DNA of 64,000 nt from Candidatus Delongbacteria bacterium. Its GTDB lineage: Bacteria; CAIWAD01. This document shows, piece by piece, positions 11,203-21,900 of the stretch. Position numbers and translations under genes: made by a program. The notes under the pieces were generated by a model, which made no database searches, was not told the DNA's origin, and worked only from the letters and a program-made list of their open reading frames with translations. How positions within the stretch are numbered: position 1 is the stretch's first letter; the number at the start of each line of letters is the position of its first letter. The stretch covers positions 3,456,001 to 3,520,000 of the forward strand of contig OY760505.1 of NCBI GenBank assembly GCA_963663545.1. Direction: 5' to 3'.

Positions 11203-14200
11203 TCGGGGCGCACCAGCTCCGCCGATTGTCCAAGTCGCTTCAGCACTTGCCCGCGCAGCTCGCGTAGCTCGTCATCTTCGCGCGCCAGTGTATCACATTC
11301 ATTCAGCATGCTAAGTGCACCGGCCGGATCCTCGACGGCCAGGCTGCTGACCAGCTCCAGTAGCAGGCGCCTTTGGCGGGCAGCGAAATCGTCGCGCAGC
11401 GCCTCAAAAAAGACATCGTAGAGACCAGGGAAGGGCGTCTCCTCTCCCACCAGGTCAAGACACTGCATCAGGGCCAGCTTGGCTCGCAACAGCTCGCGTG
11501 CACGCAGGGCGGTTCTTGCGCGATCCAACATACGGTGTGCTTCCAGCAGATCAACGCGAATCAGGTCTTCATTGAGGCGCGGTGTATCACCGTCGGTTAG
11601 AATGGCGTCCTGACCCAGTTGTTCGCGCAAACGGTGAACGGCAATAGCCAGAATGTTGCGCGCGCGATCGACGCTTTCCTCGCCGGAAGCGATCTGACCA
11701 AATTCGCGCCGGTCGAGGGGACGCCGCAGCATGTCATTGCCTGCGAGCAGTCCCAACAGTGTACGAAGACGGTTTCCGCGTGGGCGTATCACAGGATGAC
11801 CAGGGATATGAATCTCGAAGCGTCCCAGAAGTCGTAATTCGATACGCTTGTCCTCTTCACGCTTCAGTCCAGGAAGATCATTGCGCAATCGCTGTAGCTT
11901 GCGAAGACTTAGCTCCGTTTCTTTCAATTGATCACGTGTATCACGGCTTAGATGCGGGCCAAAGTCTATCAGCAGGCATTGACTGATGGTTCCCAAACTG
12001 CGCTCGTTGCACCACAAAAGGGCGTCAAGAAGTGCTTGGCGGAACTCAGCCTGTAGTACTTCCATGATCCCCGAAGCCTGCAACAGCCTGGCCGTGCCAC
12101 GCAGCAGAACCAAGTGCTCCAGACGTAACACGGGACGTGCCAGAAGTTGAGCAAGAGCCGTTTTGCAAGCCGACTGGTTCTTCTTCAACCAATGCCCGAT
12201 GGCTTCCCGCAGGAGCTCATTTCCAGGCGGGCATTCCTGAGTCGGCAGGTCGACAGGAAGCAGCGCGCGTATCTTGTCTGCATCACCGCTGCCAGCTTCC
12301 AACGCAATCAGCTCCTTGATCCAGAATGTTTCCGGTGAGAGCATGGGCGGATCGCTCTCGACAAGAGTGTGTATCCAGGAAACGGCCCCCGTCAGAAGAG
12401 CTGCGGTAATTAGCGGCTGAAGCTGACCAATTCGGCGCGGCTCATCGCCTGTAACACGCCAGGTCGTACTGAGCGTCTCCCAGGCCGCTTCCACCTCTTG
12501 CGGTGTATCACCGACAAGAAAGCGTGCGCCCAGAAGCCAGCTTCCACAGACTCGGATGTTGCGTCTGAAACCGCGTCTTAGCCAGAGTTCCAGTGCGTGC
12601 TCCCATGTGTTGAGCAGCTCCGGTAACTCACCTAGACTGAAATGGTAGTGCAGGCGGATCCCCGGCAGCACGGCGTCTTCGGGACGTGAGAGCGCACAGA
12701 TGTGCTGGAATTGCTCGCGCCGCTCCGCAAGCTCGTCGGGAGTATCGAAAAGAGGAATCAAGGTGGAGCCCACACGCCAGGTGGCTTCGTCGCAGAAGGC
12801 TTTGTTGGCGCTGGCCGTCAGCGTGAGACGCAGTTGGTGATCCACCCAACGGCTCAGGCTTTCCCGGTACATGCCCCACGCCAGCAAACCCTGGTCGCCC
12901 AGATAGATCAGCCACGGCATTTCACTACGCAGCCCCGGATGTGCTTCCACCAGTGCCGAAATCTCGGCACGCAGTTGAACGCTCTTCGGGGCAGGTAGCT
13001 TGTGGACATGGCGGTTCATCTGCAGAAGCGCCGAGAGCTCGAGGCGACGGAATTCCGGCCCCTCGCCTGCGCGGACCATTTCCAGCGCCAGTTCCGCCAG
13101 CTGACCGAAGGCGGTAGTTCCCGCCTGGGTTTTCATCAGGTACAGCTTCTGCACCAGAGCAGCACAGCGGAGTCTGTGATACACGGTCGCATCAAAGCTC
13201 TTCTCGTTCGCTAGCAGCAGCGCCAGAAGTGCATCACAAACCAGCACGCCTTCGGCGTTGCGTGGCCCGCGCTCTAGTGCAACACATAGTTGAAGGCTCG
13301 CTTCATGAAAGCGTTGGAGTTCCCCTGGCGACAGGCCATTTGGAGGATAGGAAAGCAGTAATTTCCAGGGTGTTGTGTGATACACGGCTACAGAGCCATC
13401 GAGAAGAGGGACAAGACGTGCGGCCACAGTCACGGGAACGTGTGACAGATGGCAGGCTAGCAGAGCATGATTGAAAGCGAGGGATTGATCGTCACCCGGA
13501 ACAGCGCAAATTGGCTGCAGCAGACGGTCTCCCGGACGCAGCACACCACGCGCAAGCAGGAGTGCCAGCAAGCCGCGGCGCTCTTCACCCAGTAGCTCGA
13601 GAGCAGCGCGGCGTGAAAACTCGTAGCCCAGACAGGCCAGTTCGTGCAGCGCGGAGCGTTGCTCCTGATTCAGCTCCTGCAGGAGAAGATCCACTTGGCT
13701 GCTGACACTTGCGGATAGAACCTGTTCGAAACTACTGCTGCGCTTGTTCAGCGTATAGCGGTGGCCTCCAGCGTCGTAGACAATGGCCTTTGCTTTCAGC
13801 AGATCTCGCAAGACCAGTTTTAGCGTACCGGGATGGCCGACGCAGTGCCGGTGCAGGCTCTCGCAAACGGCATCGTCCGGCAGGTTGCTAAAAAGGCCTT
13901 TCCAGATTTCGCGCACAGCGGCTTCGTGCAAGGGGCCCAGGTGCAGGTCGTCCACCTTGGTGTCGGAAAGCACGGAACGCAATCGCGGCATGAAGCTACG
14001 GCCAGCCAGCACCATGGAGCAGGCCTCGGCGCGTAGTTGATCCAGCATTTGCAGCAGAAATTGCAGCTCGTCGCCATCGATGTTCTCGGCGCGATCCAGC
14101 AGCAGAAGCGTAGGCCGCAGGCGCAGCAATCGACGCAGCGCGGTCAGTGCTGAGTCGACGTTTGCCTCTGGCGGAGTCCGGCCCAGTAATCCGGGCAAGT

Positions 14201-14486
14201 GGACCAGCGCGCGCATCAGCCCTGTTGAGTTCAGCTCGCCGCCCAGGCTCAGTCGAATCACCGCGCCTTCACGATCCTCGACCAGCCGTGTTACTTGCTG
14301 AAGAAGGGAACTCTTGCCGCTACCCGCTTCGCCTTCGATCAGCAGACTGCGCCAGCCATGGCCGCCGGGCGTCTGCTGCCAGAATTGCAGCAGCTGCGCC
14401 AGTTCGCGCTGTCGACCGCAAAAGGGCAATGGCCCTCCTGTTCGCAGGTCCTCTAGTGCTTGACTGCTGTGTTGGTCGGTGATCAT
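11184..14486 (-). CDS. STAND/AAA ATPase with C-terminal SARP-like winged HTH and BTAD (transcriptional regulator)
   Basis: FCGRQREL, Walker A GEAGSGKS, LLLLD Walker B; C-terminal IELRLLGRFEI...VHRLREQLG...RVDL pattern. Confidence 0.75.
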   Translation of the reverse strand: MITDQHSSQALEDLRTGGPLPFCGRQRELAQLLQFWQQTPGGHGWRSLLIEGEAGSGKSSLLQQVTRLVEDREGAVIRLSLGGELNSTGLMRALVHLPGLLGRTPPEANVDSALTALRRLLRLRPTLLLLDRAENIDGDELQFLLQMLDQLRAEACSMVLAGRSFMPRLRSVLSDTKVDDLHLGPLHEAAVREIWKGLFSNLPDDAVCESLHRHCVGHPGTLKLVLRDLLKAKAIVYDAGGHRYTLNKRSSSFEQVLSASVSSQVDLLLQELNQEQRSALHELACLGYEFSRRAALELLGEERRGLLALLLARGVLRPGDRLLQPICAVPGDDQSLAFNHALLACHLSHVPVTVAARLVPLLDGSVAVYHTTPWKLLLSYPPNGLSPGELQRFHEASLQLCVALERGPRNAEGVLVCDALLALLLANEKSFDATVYHRLRCAALVQKLYLMKTQAGTTAFGQLAELALEMVRAGEGPEFRRLELSALLQMNRHVHKLPAPKSVQLRAEISALVEAHPGLRSEMPWLIYLGDQGLLAWGMYRESLSRWVDHQLRLTLTASANKAFCDEATWRVGSTLIPLFDTPDELAERREQFQHICALSRPEDAVLPGIRLHYHFSLGELPELLNTWEHALELWLRRGFRRNIRVCGSWLLGARFLVGDTPQEVEAAWETLSTTWRVTGDEPRRIGQLQPLITAALLTGAVSWIHTLVESDPPMLSPETFWIKELIALEAGSGDADKIRALLPVDLPTQECPPGNELLREAIGHWLKKNQSACKTALAQLLARPVLRLEHLVLLRGTARLLQASGIMEVLQAEFRQALLDALLWCNERSLGTISQCLLIDFGPHLSRDTRDQLKETELSLRKLQRLRNDLPGLKREEDKRIELRLLGRFEIHIPGHPVIRPRGNRLRTLLGLLAGNDMLRRPLDRREFGQIASGEESVDRARNILAIAVHRLREQLGQDAILTDGDTPRLNEDLIRVDLLEAHRMLDRARTALRARELLRAKLALMQCLDLVGEETPFPGLYDVFFEALRDDFAARQRRLLLELVSSLAVEDPAGALSMLNECDTLAREDDELRELRGQVLKRLGQSAELVRPDQVDDD

Positions 14487-14637
14487 GGGCGTCCGGGCTT
14501 GTCCATTGAAGGATACAAACTAGCACATTCAGAACGCAGCTTCAGCTCTGGAATTCCGCTATGATGAAGCTGTTGCGTCGGCTTGGCCGGACCCATGTGA
14601 AGCTGTCTGTACCTTGCGGATTCAGGGGTTGAGAAGT

Positions 14638-16260
14638 ATGTTGAACGGTTCGATAAATCCGGATATGCCAATGGTAACTCAGGGCCTGGAATTTCTCGCC
14701 CGCCCGTGTCAGTGTGACTGCTTTGAGCAGCAGGATCTGGCCTGTGCTTCCTTTCCAGACGAACCCGCGCTGATCTGCGACGGGCTTCGGCAGACTCACG
14801 CCCAGTTTCAGCAAAGCGTGCACAACAGCATGCGCTTACTGCAGCAGCAGGGAGTCGAGTCGGGCACACGTATTCTAATGCTAGTGACCAACCGTGCCGA
14901 GCAGGTCTGGCTGAGCCAGGCGGCTCTGCGTTTAGGCGGACTTCTGGCGGCACACGAGATTCGTATTCCCGCACCGCAGGCTGTTCTGCTGGCGCAGGAT
15001 TTTCAGCCGCAGTTGCTGATCTACGAAGACTGTGTTGCGGACAAGGTCCAGGAGATTCTGGCCGGGCTGAAACAGCAACCGCGCACGCTGGCCATCGGCA
15101 CTCACGATAGCGCTGATTTGTGTTACAGCCAAGCGCTTGAGGCACTTGCGGAAGATGAGGAGTGGACACCGCCCGCACGCGATATCGACGCGCCGGCCTG
15201 TGTCTTTTACCGCATGGACCGCGAGGATCACTGGCGTGGTGTGACACACAGCCTGCGCGGACTGAGCGACAATGCCCAGCAGACGCGCACGCTGTTCACC
15301 TTGAGCCGTGGTAGCCGTGTTTTGTGTCACATGCCTGTGGCCCATTACCTCTCGCTGGCTTCACTGGTGTTACCTGTGCTGAGTGCCGCTGGCTGTCTCG
15401 TGTTGATGGATCGCAGTGCCAACGATGATCAGGTGCTGGACGCTATCGAAGAGCACAACCCGCGTCTGATGATCCACTATCGACGCTATTACTGGCATCT
15501 CATGAACCAGGCCCGCGAGCGTGTGTCACAGGGGCGTGCTCTGGGGCAGGTGCGCTTTGCACTGGTCAGTGCCGATTCGCCGCAGCTTCCCTGGCGTGAT
15601 ACATGGGACGAGCTTTTCGGCGGTCATCTGCTCAGCGGCTTCGCCAGTTGGGTGGGGGGCGGATTTCTTGCGCTCAACCTGCCCTGGCTCTATTGGCGTG
15701 ACGATTATGTGGGCAAGCCGCTGCCGGGCGTCGACATGCAGATCGTCGACGAATCGGGCCATACACGGCCGACGGGACGCTGGGGCGAGATTGTCTTCCG
15801 CAGTCCGCGCATGGCCAGTGGCTGGGTCCGTGAAGATCCGGTGAATCCTGAAGTGTGGGAAGAAGGCTGGCTGCGCACGCAGCAAATGGCCTCGCTGGAC
15901 ACCGATGGCTACCTGACCCTGGCCGACGAGGTTTTCGATGTCATCTGGGTCAACGGCTTCAAGGTCAGTCCGCTGGAAATTGAAGAGCCCATGCTTCAGC
16001 TGCCGGGAATTCGCGAGGTGGTGGCGGTCAACGCCGCGCGTAACGATACTCCGGATCGCATTCAGGTCTTCGTGGTGCAGGACGACAACGCCTACACCGA
16101 GCAAAGCCTGCTGGATGAGCTGGTGCGGCTCTTTCCGCCCTACCTTTGCCCTGCACAAGTGAGCTTCATCGACGAGGTCCCGCTGGACGATGAGGGCTTC
16201 AAACTGCGCAAAGAATTGAAATTCAAATACCAAACGCCTCAATCCTGGAGGGCAAGTTGA
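14638..16260 (+). CDS. AMP-binding (ANL) superfamily homologue with degenerate catalytic motifs
   Basis: VGKPLPGV, GEIVFRSP, NGFKVSPLEIE retained, but the P-loop, TGD and catalytic Lys are absent. Start codon uncertain. Confidence 0.8.
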   Translation: MLNGSINPDMPMVTQGLEFLARPCQCDCFEQQDLACASFPDEPALICDGLRQTHAQFQQSVHNSMRLLQQQGVESGTRILMLVTNRAEQVWLSQAALRLGGLLAAHEIRIPAPQAVLLAQDFQPQLLIYEDCVADKVQEILAGLKQQPRTLAIGTHDSADLCYSQALEALAEDEEWTPPARDIDAPACVFYRMDREDHWRGVTHSLRGLSDNAQQTRTLFTLSRGSRVLCHMPVAHYLSLASLVLPVLSAAGCLVLMDRSANDDQVLDAIEEHNPRLMIHYRRYYWHLMNQARERVSQGRALGQVRFALVSADSPQLPWRDTWDELFGGHLLSGFASWVGGGFLALNLPWLYWRDDYVGKPLPGVDMQIVDESGHTRPTGRWGEIVFRSPRMASGWVREDPVNPEVWEEGWLRTQQMASLDTDGYLTLADEVFDVIWVNGFKVSPLEIEEPMLQLPGIREVVAVNAARNDTPDRIQVFVVQDDNAYTEQSLLDELVRLFPPYLCPAQVSFIDEVPLDDEGFKLRKELKFKYQTPQSWRAS

Positions 16261-18326
16261 AGGTCCATACCGCGGACACGATCCGCAACATTGCGCTGGT
16301 GGGGCACGAATCCACCGGCAAGACCCTGTTCGCTGAAGCCGTCTCGATGATCGCCGGCAGTATCACGCGCATGGGCAGCATCGAGGGCAACAACACCCAG
16401 TCCGACTATTCCAACTTCGAGCACGACCGGCAGAAGTCGCTGTACGCCAGCTTGCTGCAGAATGAGTGGCAGGGTACGAAGTACAACATGATCGACGCTC
16501 CCGGTTTTTCGGATTTCATCGGTGAGACCAAGACCGCGCTGCACGTGGCGGATATCGCCATGGTGCTGGTCAGCCCCGTCAACGGCCCGGAAGTGATGAC
16601 CGAGCTGGTGATGGAGACGCTGGACGACAATCCGCGTCCCTGCCTTTTCGTCTTCAACGCGCTGGACAAGGATCACACGCGTCTGGACGAGCAGATGCAG
16701 GCGCTGAAGGACAGCTACAAGGGCGTCGCTCAGCTGCAGTATCCGCTGGAAGTGGGCGAGGGCTTCAAGCGCATCGTCGACATCCTCAAGCAGAAGGTGC
16801 TGGTCTTCGCCGAAGACGGCAGCTATAGCGAGGAAGATCTGGGTGCCGAGGCTGATACGGTCGAAGAAATGCGCATGGCGTTGGTGGAGACGGTGGCCGA
16901 GTCCGACGACGAGCTGATGGAAAAATTCCTGGAGGAGATGGAACTCTCCGATGAGGATTTCCAGCGCGGTTTGGCTTCTGGTATCGCCAGCGGCAGCATT
17001 CGTCCGGTTTTCGTGTCCGCGGCCCGCAAGCTGGTGGGTATCGGTCGTATTCTGGAAGTGCTGCGCGACGATTTCCCCGGTCCCGACAAGGCTGTCACCA
17101 TGCACCGGGTCAAGGGCGACGAGGTCACGCCGATGCCGGCTGACGCTGCTGGAAGCCCCGCGTTCTTCGTCTTCAAGACGGTCAACGAGCAGCACGTGGG
17201 CGAGCTGGTGTACTTCCGCGTCGCGCAGGGCAAGATCACCGTGGGTCTGGATCTGGTCAATCAGACGACCCTTTCCCCCGAGAAGATCGGCAGCCTCTTC
17301 AGCGTGGTCGGCAAGAACCGCTCCGACATCAGCGAGTTGGTGGCTGGCGATATGGGCTGCACCGTCAAGTTGCGTGATACCTGCACCAACCAGACGCTTT
17401 CCTTGAAGGGCAGCGACATCGTGGTGCAGCAGATCCAGTTCCCCGATCCCGTGATGCGCACCGCCATCAGCCCGGCCAAGGACGAGGACGAAGAGAAGAT
17501 GAGCACGGGCCTGATTCAGTTCCGTCGCGAAGATCCTTCCTTCCAGATTGCGCCTGATCCCGAGCTGGGACAGACCATTCTGTCCGGCCAGGGCGATCAG
17601 CAGCTCAAACTGCTGCTGGACAAGCTGCAGGCGCGCTTCGGTGTGCAGGTCAGCATGGAGAAGCCGCGTGTGCCGTATCGCGAGACCATTACCGGCAACA
17701 GTGACGTCAAGTATCGCCACAAAAAGCAGTCGGGCGGCGCTGGTCAGTTCGGCGAAGTCTGGGTTCGCTTTGCTCCCAACGAGCGTGGCGCCGGCTTCGA
17801 GTTCAAGAGCGAGGTCGTCGGCGGCAGCGTGACCGTTCCCTTCCAGCAGGCCACCGAGAAGGGTATGCTGCAGGTCATGAAGGAAGGCGTTATCGCCGGA
17901 TGCACGGTAGTCGACATGGTCGCCACCATCTATGACGGCAAGATGCACCCCGTGGACTCCAAGGAAATCGCTTTCCAGATCGCTGGCCGCGAAGCCTTCA
18001 AGCAGGGCTTCCGTGAGGCCAAGCCGATTCTGCTCGAGCCCATCTGGCACGTCGAAGTCAAGGTGCCCGATGAGTACATGGGCGATGTGATGGGCGACCT
18101 GAGTTCCCGTCGCGGCAAGATTCTGGGTATGGACGCCGCTGGCAAGTACCAGCTGATCAAGGCGCTGGTGCCGCTAGCCGAGCTCTACCAGTATTCCACC
18201 ACCCTGCGCTCCATGACTCAGGGGCGCGCGAGCCATCGCCGTCGCTTTGATCACTACGAGAAGTGTCCGCCCGATGTGCAGGCCAAGGTGATCGAGGAGT
18301 ATGAAGCTGAGCGTAACAAGGAGTAG
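16257..18326 (+). CDS. fusA2: Elongation factor G paralogue (EF-G2 type)
   Basis: IRNIALVGHESTGKT, DAPGFSDF, KKQSGGAGQFG, GKMHPVDS, LLEPI, LRSMTQG. TTG start after GGAGG overlaps the upstream stop. Confidence 0.92.
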   Translation: MKVHTADTIRNIALVGHESTGKTLFAEAVSMIAGSITRMGSIEGNNTQSDYSNFEHDRQKSLYASLLQNEWQGTKYNMIDAPGFSDFIGETKTALHVADIAMVLVSPVNGPEVMTELVMETLDDNPRPCLFVFNALDKDHTRLDEQMQALKDSYKGVAQLQYPLEVGEGFKRIVDILKQKVLVFAEDGSYSEEDLGAEADTVEEMRMALVETVAESDDELMEKFLEEMELSDEDFQRGLASGIASGSIRPVFVSAARKLVGIGRILEVLRDDFPGPDKAVTMHRVKGDEVTPMPADAAGSPAFFVFKTVNEQHVGELVYFRVAQGKITVGLDLVNQTTLSPEKIGSLFSVVGKNRSDISELVAGDMGCTVKLRDTCTNQTLSLKGSDIVVQQIQFPDPVMRTAISPAKDEDEEKMSTGLIQFRREDPSFQIAPDPELGQTILSGQGDQQLKLLLDKLQARFGVQVSMEKPRVPYRETITGNSDVKYRHKKQSGGAGQFGEVWVRFAPNERGAGFEFKSEVVGGSVTVPFQQATEKGMLQVMKEGVIAGCTVVDMVATIYDGKMHPVDSKEIAFQIAGREAFKQGFREAKPILLEPIWHVEVKVPDEYMGDVMGDLSSRRGKILGMDAAGKYQLIKALVPLAELYQYSTTLRSMTQGRASHRRRFDHYEKCPPDVQAKVIEEYEAERNKE

Positions 18327-18373
18327 TCCTTTCAGGGATGAAATGACGCACATCCTTTTGTTGTGACTCGTAT

Positions 18374-18410
18374 GAGCGGTCTACCTATCGGTGGGCCGCT
18401 CTTTTCTTTT
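18374..18410 (+). terminator. Rho-independent terminator after EF-G2
   Basis: GAGCGG...CCGCTC hairpin followed by TTTTCTTTT. Confidence 0.7.
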
Positions 18411-18461
18411 CGGTATCGCTGCCGACTCCTTCGGAGTCGGATCGGTATCGCTATCGGAGTC
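18410..18461 (-). repeat. REP-like intergenic element, copy A
   Basis: Reverse complement reads CGATACCGAT-CCGACTCC-GAA-GGAGTCGG-CAGCGATACCGA, matching copies at 26701 and 29319. Confidence 0.7.
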
Positions 18462-18894
18462 GAAATCGGAGTATGACCTGTGATACATTCGAGCGGACGG
18501 AGGTCCGCTCTTTCTTTGCCTACGCGCTTGATTGGCGAATTCTGAACAGAGGGGTCTGACACGTGTCAGAGCAGTGTCTGACCCCCACCTGGCACCTCGA
18601 GAGCGATTCCGTCCACACACGCTGACACTGCGCCACAATTTGCTACTTCGCCGTGCTCCGATTGCGACCCCGATGTAGATCACGATATCGATCTGTCGCG
18701 AAGCGGCGGATGCGATGTGTTCACGATTCGGCGTCTTGAACAAAGGAACGAGCCACTGCTGAAGCCGGTATAACCCACGCGACTGTGAAAAGGAATGGAC
18801 TAAGCCGCTGTAACTGCAATGAATGACACATAACTATAAATCAGAATCATGATTCATAATAAGAGATGATAACACCTTAGAAAAATTTCGCTTC

Positions 18895-18910
18895 TGGTAC
18901 GCATCTTGCA
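18895..18910 (+). promoter_or_regulatory. Sigma-54 (-24/-12) promoter candidate
   Basis: TGGTAC-N5-TTGCA with exact GG-N10-GC spacing, AT-rich tract upstream, 50 nt before the ATG. Confidence 0.65.
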
Positions 18911-18959
18911 TTAGCAACCACATCACGTTACAGCAAGAACTCTACAATGGGAGAGAATC

Positions 18960-21900
18960 ATGAGAATACCGCTCTCAATGGTCGTCTGTTTGTGCCTTGT
19001 ACTTGTGTTGCAAGTAGGCGCGCAGGAACTGGCTGCACCAGAGGTGGAAATCAGTGCTCAGATAAACGCGGACAGTGTGCATGTGGACCTTGCGTGGTCT
19101 GCCATCGTCGATGCTACTTACTACAAAGTCTACATGGGCCATCCGTACTCGGCTGTGGACAGCTTGCTCTTCAACACCTTTTCAACCAGCTGCCGGATAT
19201 CTCTTCCCTCACCGCCTGAAGGGGTCTTGTCTTTTCATGAGGCGAAGGCCTTTCGGGTTGTGGCTGTGCAGATCTCCGAGATGATCCTCGTTCCCGCCGG
19301 AAGCTTCATGATGGGCGAGGCGGGTGTGGCCGAGCCGGTGCATCAAGTGACGCTGACAAATGACTTCTACATCGGCGCGCATGAAGTAACGAACCAGGAG
19401 TTCGTGGACGCCCTGCAATGGGCCTATGACCGGGGACTTGTTTCTGTAAGTGGAAATGACGTCCTGTCGCAGGGCGGGCTCTTGTTCGAGTTGAATCAGA
19501 CCGATCCGATCGAGATCGAGTTTGCAGGCAACACCTTCTCGCTTGTCGAACGGGACTATGTGAAAGGCGGGGGAGCGTGCGGCCCTGGTTTCGCGTACCC
19601 GAGTGGATACGCAGTGGGAGATCATCCCGTAAAGCAGGTCAGCTGGTATGGTGCGGCCTGCTACTGTGATTGGCGCAGTGAAATGGAGGGCCTGACACCG
19701 TATTACAATGGGGAGTGGGTGCAGTCGGAAACTCATGATCCATATCGAAGCGGTGCGTATCGTCTTCCAACGGAAGCAGAATGGGAGTATGCCGCGCGCT
19801 ATCCGGATGGAAGGCGCTACCCCTGGGGAGACACCCAAGGCGATTGTTCACACTCAAACATCCTTTCGGCTGGATCCTACTGTGTGGGCTGGACCTCAAG
19901 CATTGGAGCCTATGCGTCAGATCTGACCCCATTGGGACTTCTGGATCTGGGCGGAAATGTGAGCGAAATGACCGGCGATCTTGGTGTGTCAGGCTACAGC
20001 AGCGAACCGCAGATCGACCCGTACGGCAGCGGTTCCGGCACCGTGTACGCAATAAGGGGAGGACACTGGGGAGACAATCGGTCGCTACCTATGCGCGGCT
20101 GGGTATATCCTGGAGGATCCCCTTACAGCCTTGGCTTCCGCATTGTGCGCACTGTCGATCCCGATCCTGTCATTCCCGAGATGATCCTCGTTCCCGCTGG
20201 CACATTTACAATGGGAATGAGCGGAGTGGAAGCCCCCGAACACAGCGTAACTCTCACTCATGACTACACGATGGACGCCACGCATATCACCAACGCCGAG
20301 TTCATCGCGGCTCTGCAGTGGGCCTACGACAACGCGGCAACTACCGGCGTCACAGTCACGGCCAGCAGTGTGCAGGCCTACGGAGTTGAGCTGGTGGACC
20401 TGGATGGTTCCTGCTGCGAGATTGCATTCTCCGGTGGCCTTTTCAGTCTGCGAGCGCTCAGTTTCGATATGGGCACCTGGGGACCAGGGCACGCTTATCC
20501 GGCGGGTTACACGCCAACACATCATCCGGTGAAGGAAGTGAGCTGGTACGGCGCGGCCTGCTACTGCGACTGGCGTAGCGAAATGGAGGGCCTGACGCCC
20601 TTCTATCAGGGCGACTGGAGCGCGTGCACCCAGTACCAGAGCGACGCCTACCGTTTGCCCAGCGAGGCGGAATGGGAATACGCCGCGCGTTACAACGACG
20701 GTCGCATATATCCCTGGGGCAACGAGGCTCCGGACTGCAACCGGCTGAACTATCACTTGTGCCTGGGCTGGTCGACACCGGTAGGCGCCTATCCCGCAAC
20801 CGGTCTAGGCTTCTTCGACATGGCCGGAAACACCTGGGATTGGTGCGGTGACTGGCGTGCCGAGTACACGGCCGATTCGCAGATGAATCCCGTGGGTCCT
20901 CCCACCGGAAGCAGCCGCGTGATACGCGGTGGCGATTTTGCTACAGACGATGTCAGCGCTCTGCGGCGCTACGAGATGAATCCCAGCGCAACGGACTATT
21001 GGCCCGGTCTGCGCTGCGTGCGCACGATCGAGCCCGATCCAGCGCCCGCCGAGATGATCCTTGTTCCCGCTGGCAGCTTCATGATGGGCGAAGCGGGCGT
21101 GGCCGAACCCGTACAGGAGGTGACGCTGAGTCACGAGTTCTACCTGGGCACTTATGAAGTGAGCAATGCCGAGTACATGCAGGCATTGCAGTGGGCGTAT
21201 GACAACAGTGCGCTGACCGGAGTTACGGCGACAGCCAGCGGCGTGCAGGCCTATGGCCAATTGCTGCTAGATTTGAGTGCCGCCGGTTGCGAGATCGTGT
21301 TTGTGGATCCTGAGTTCTCACTGCGGCTGTCGTCGGAGGCAGAAGGCGTCTATCCGCTCGGATACAATGTGGCCAAGCATCCGGCGAAGGAGGTCAGCTG
21401 GTACGGTGCCGCCTGTTATTGTGACTGGAAAAGTCTGCGGGAAGGACTACCCGCCTTCTACCAGGGCAACTGGGAGCGCAATTCGTATCAGTGCGATAGC
21501 TATCGTCTGCCCACGGAGGCCGAGTGGGAATACGCCGCCCAGTGGAATGATGATCGCGCTTATCCCTGGGGTCCAGCGCAGCCGCAGCAGACCTTGCTGA
21601 ACTGCTGCATTGGCGGAGACTGCGTCGGCTGGACGACGCGAGTCGGCGCTTATCCTGCGTCTCAGCTTGGGTTGTACGACATGGCGGGAAACATCTGGGA
21701 GTGGTGCGGCGACTGGTGGCAGGCCCTCCCCGCGGGAGGAGTGGATCCGGTCGGCGCTCCTGGAAGTGGCGCCCGCGCGGGACGTGGCGGCGACTGGTAC
21801 AACAATTCCTCGGTGGCGCGCATCTCCTGCCGCACCTACAACAATCCTGTGCATCACAGCGCGCTGTCCGGCTTCCGAATCGCCCGTACGGTCAATGCGG

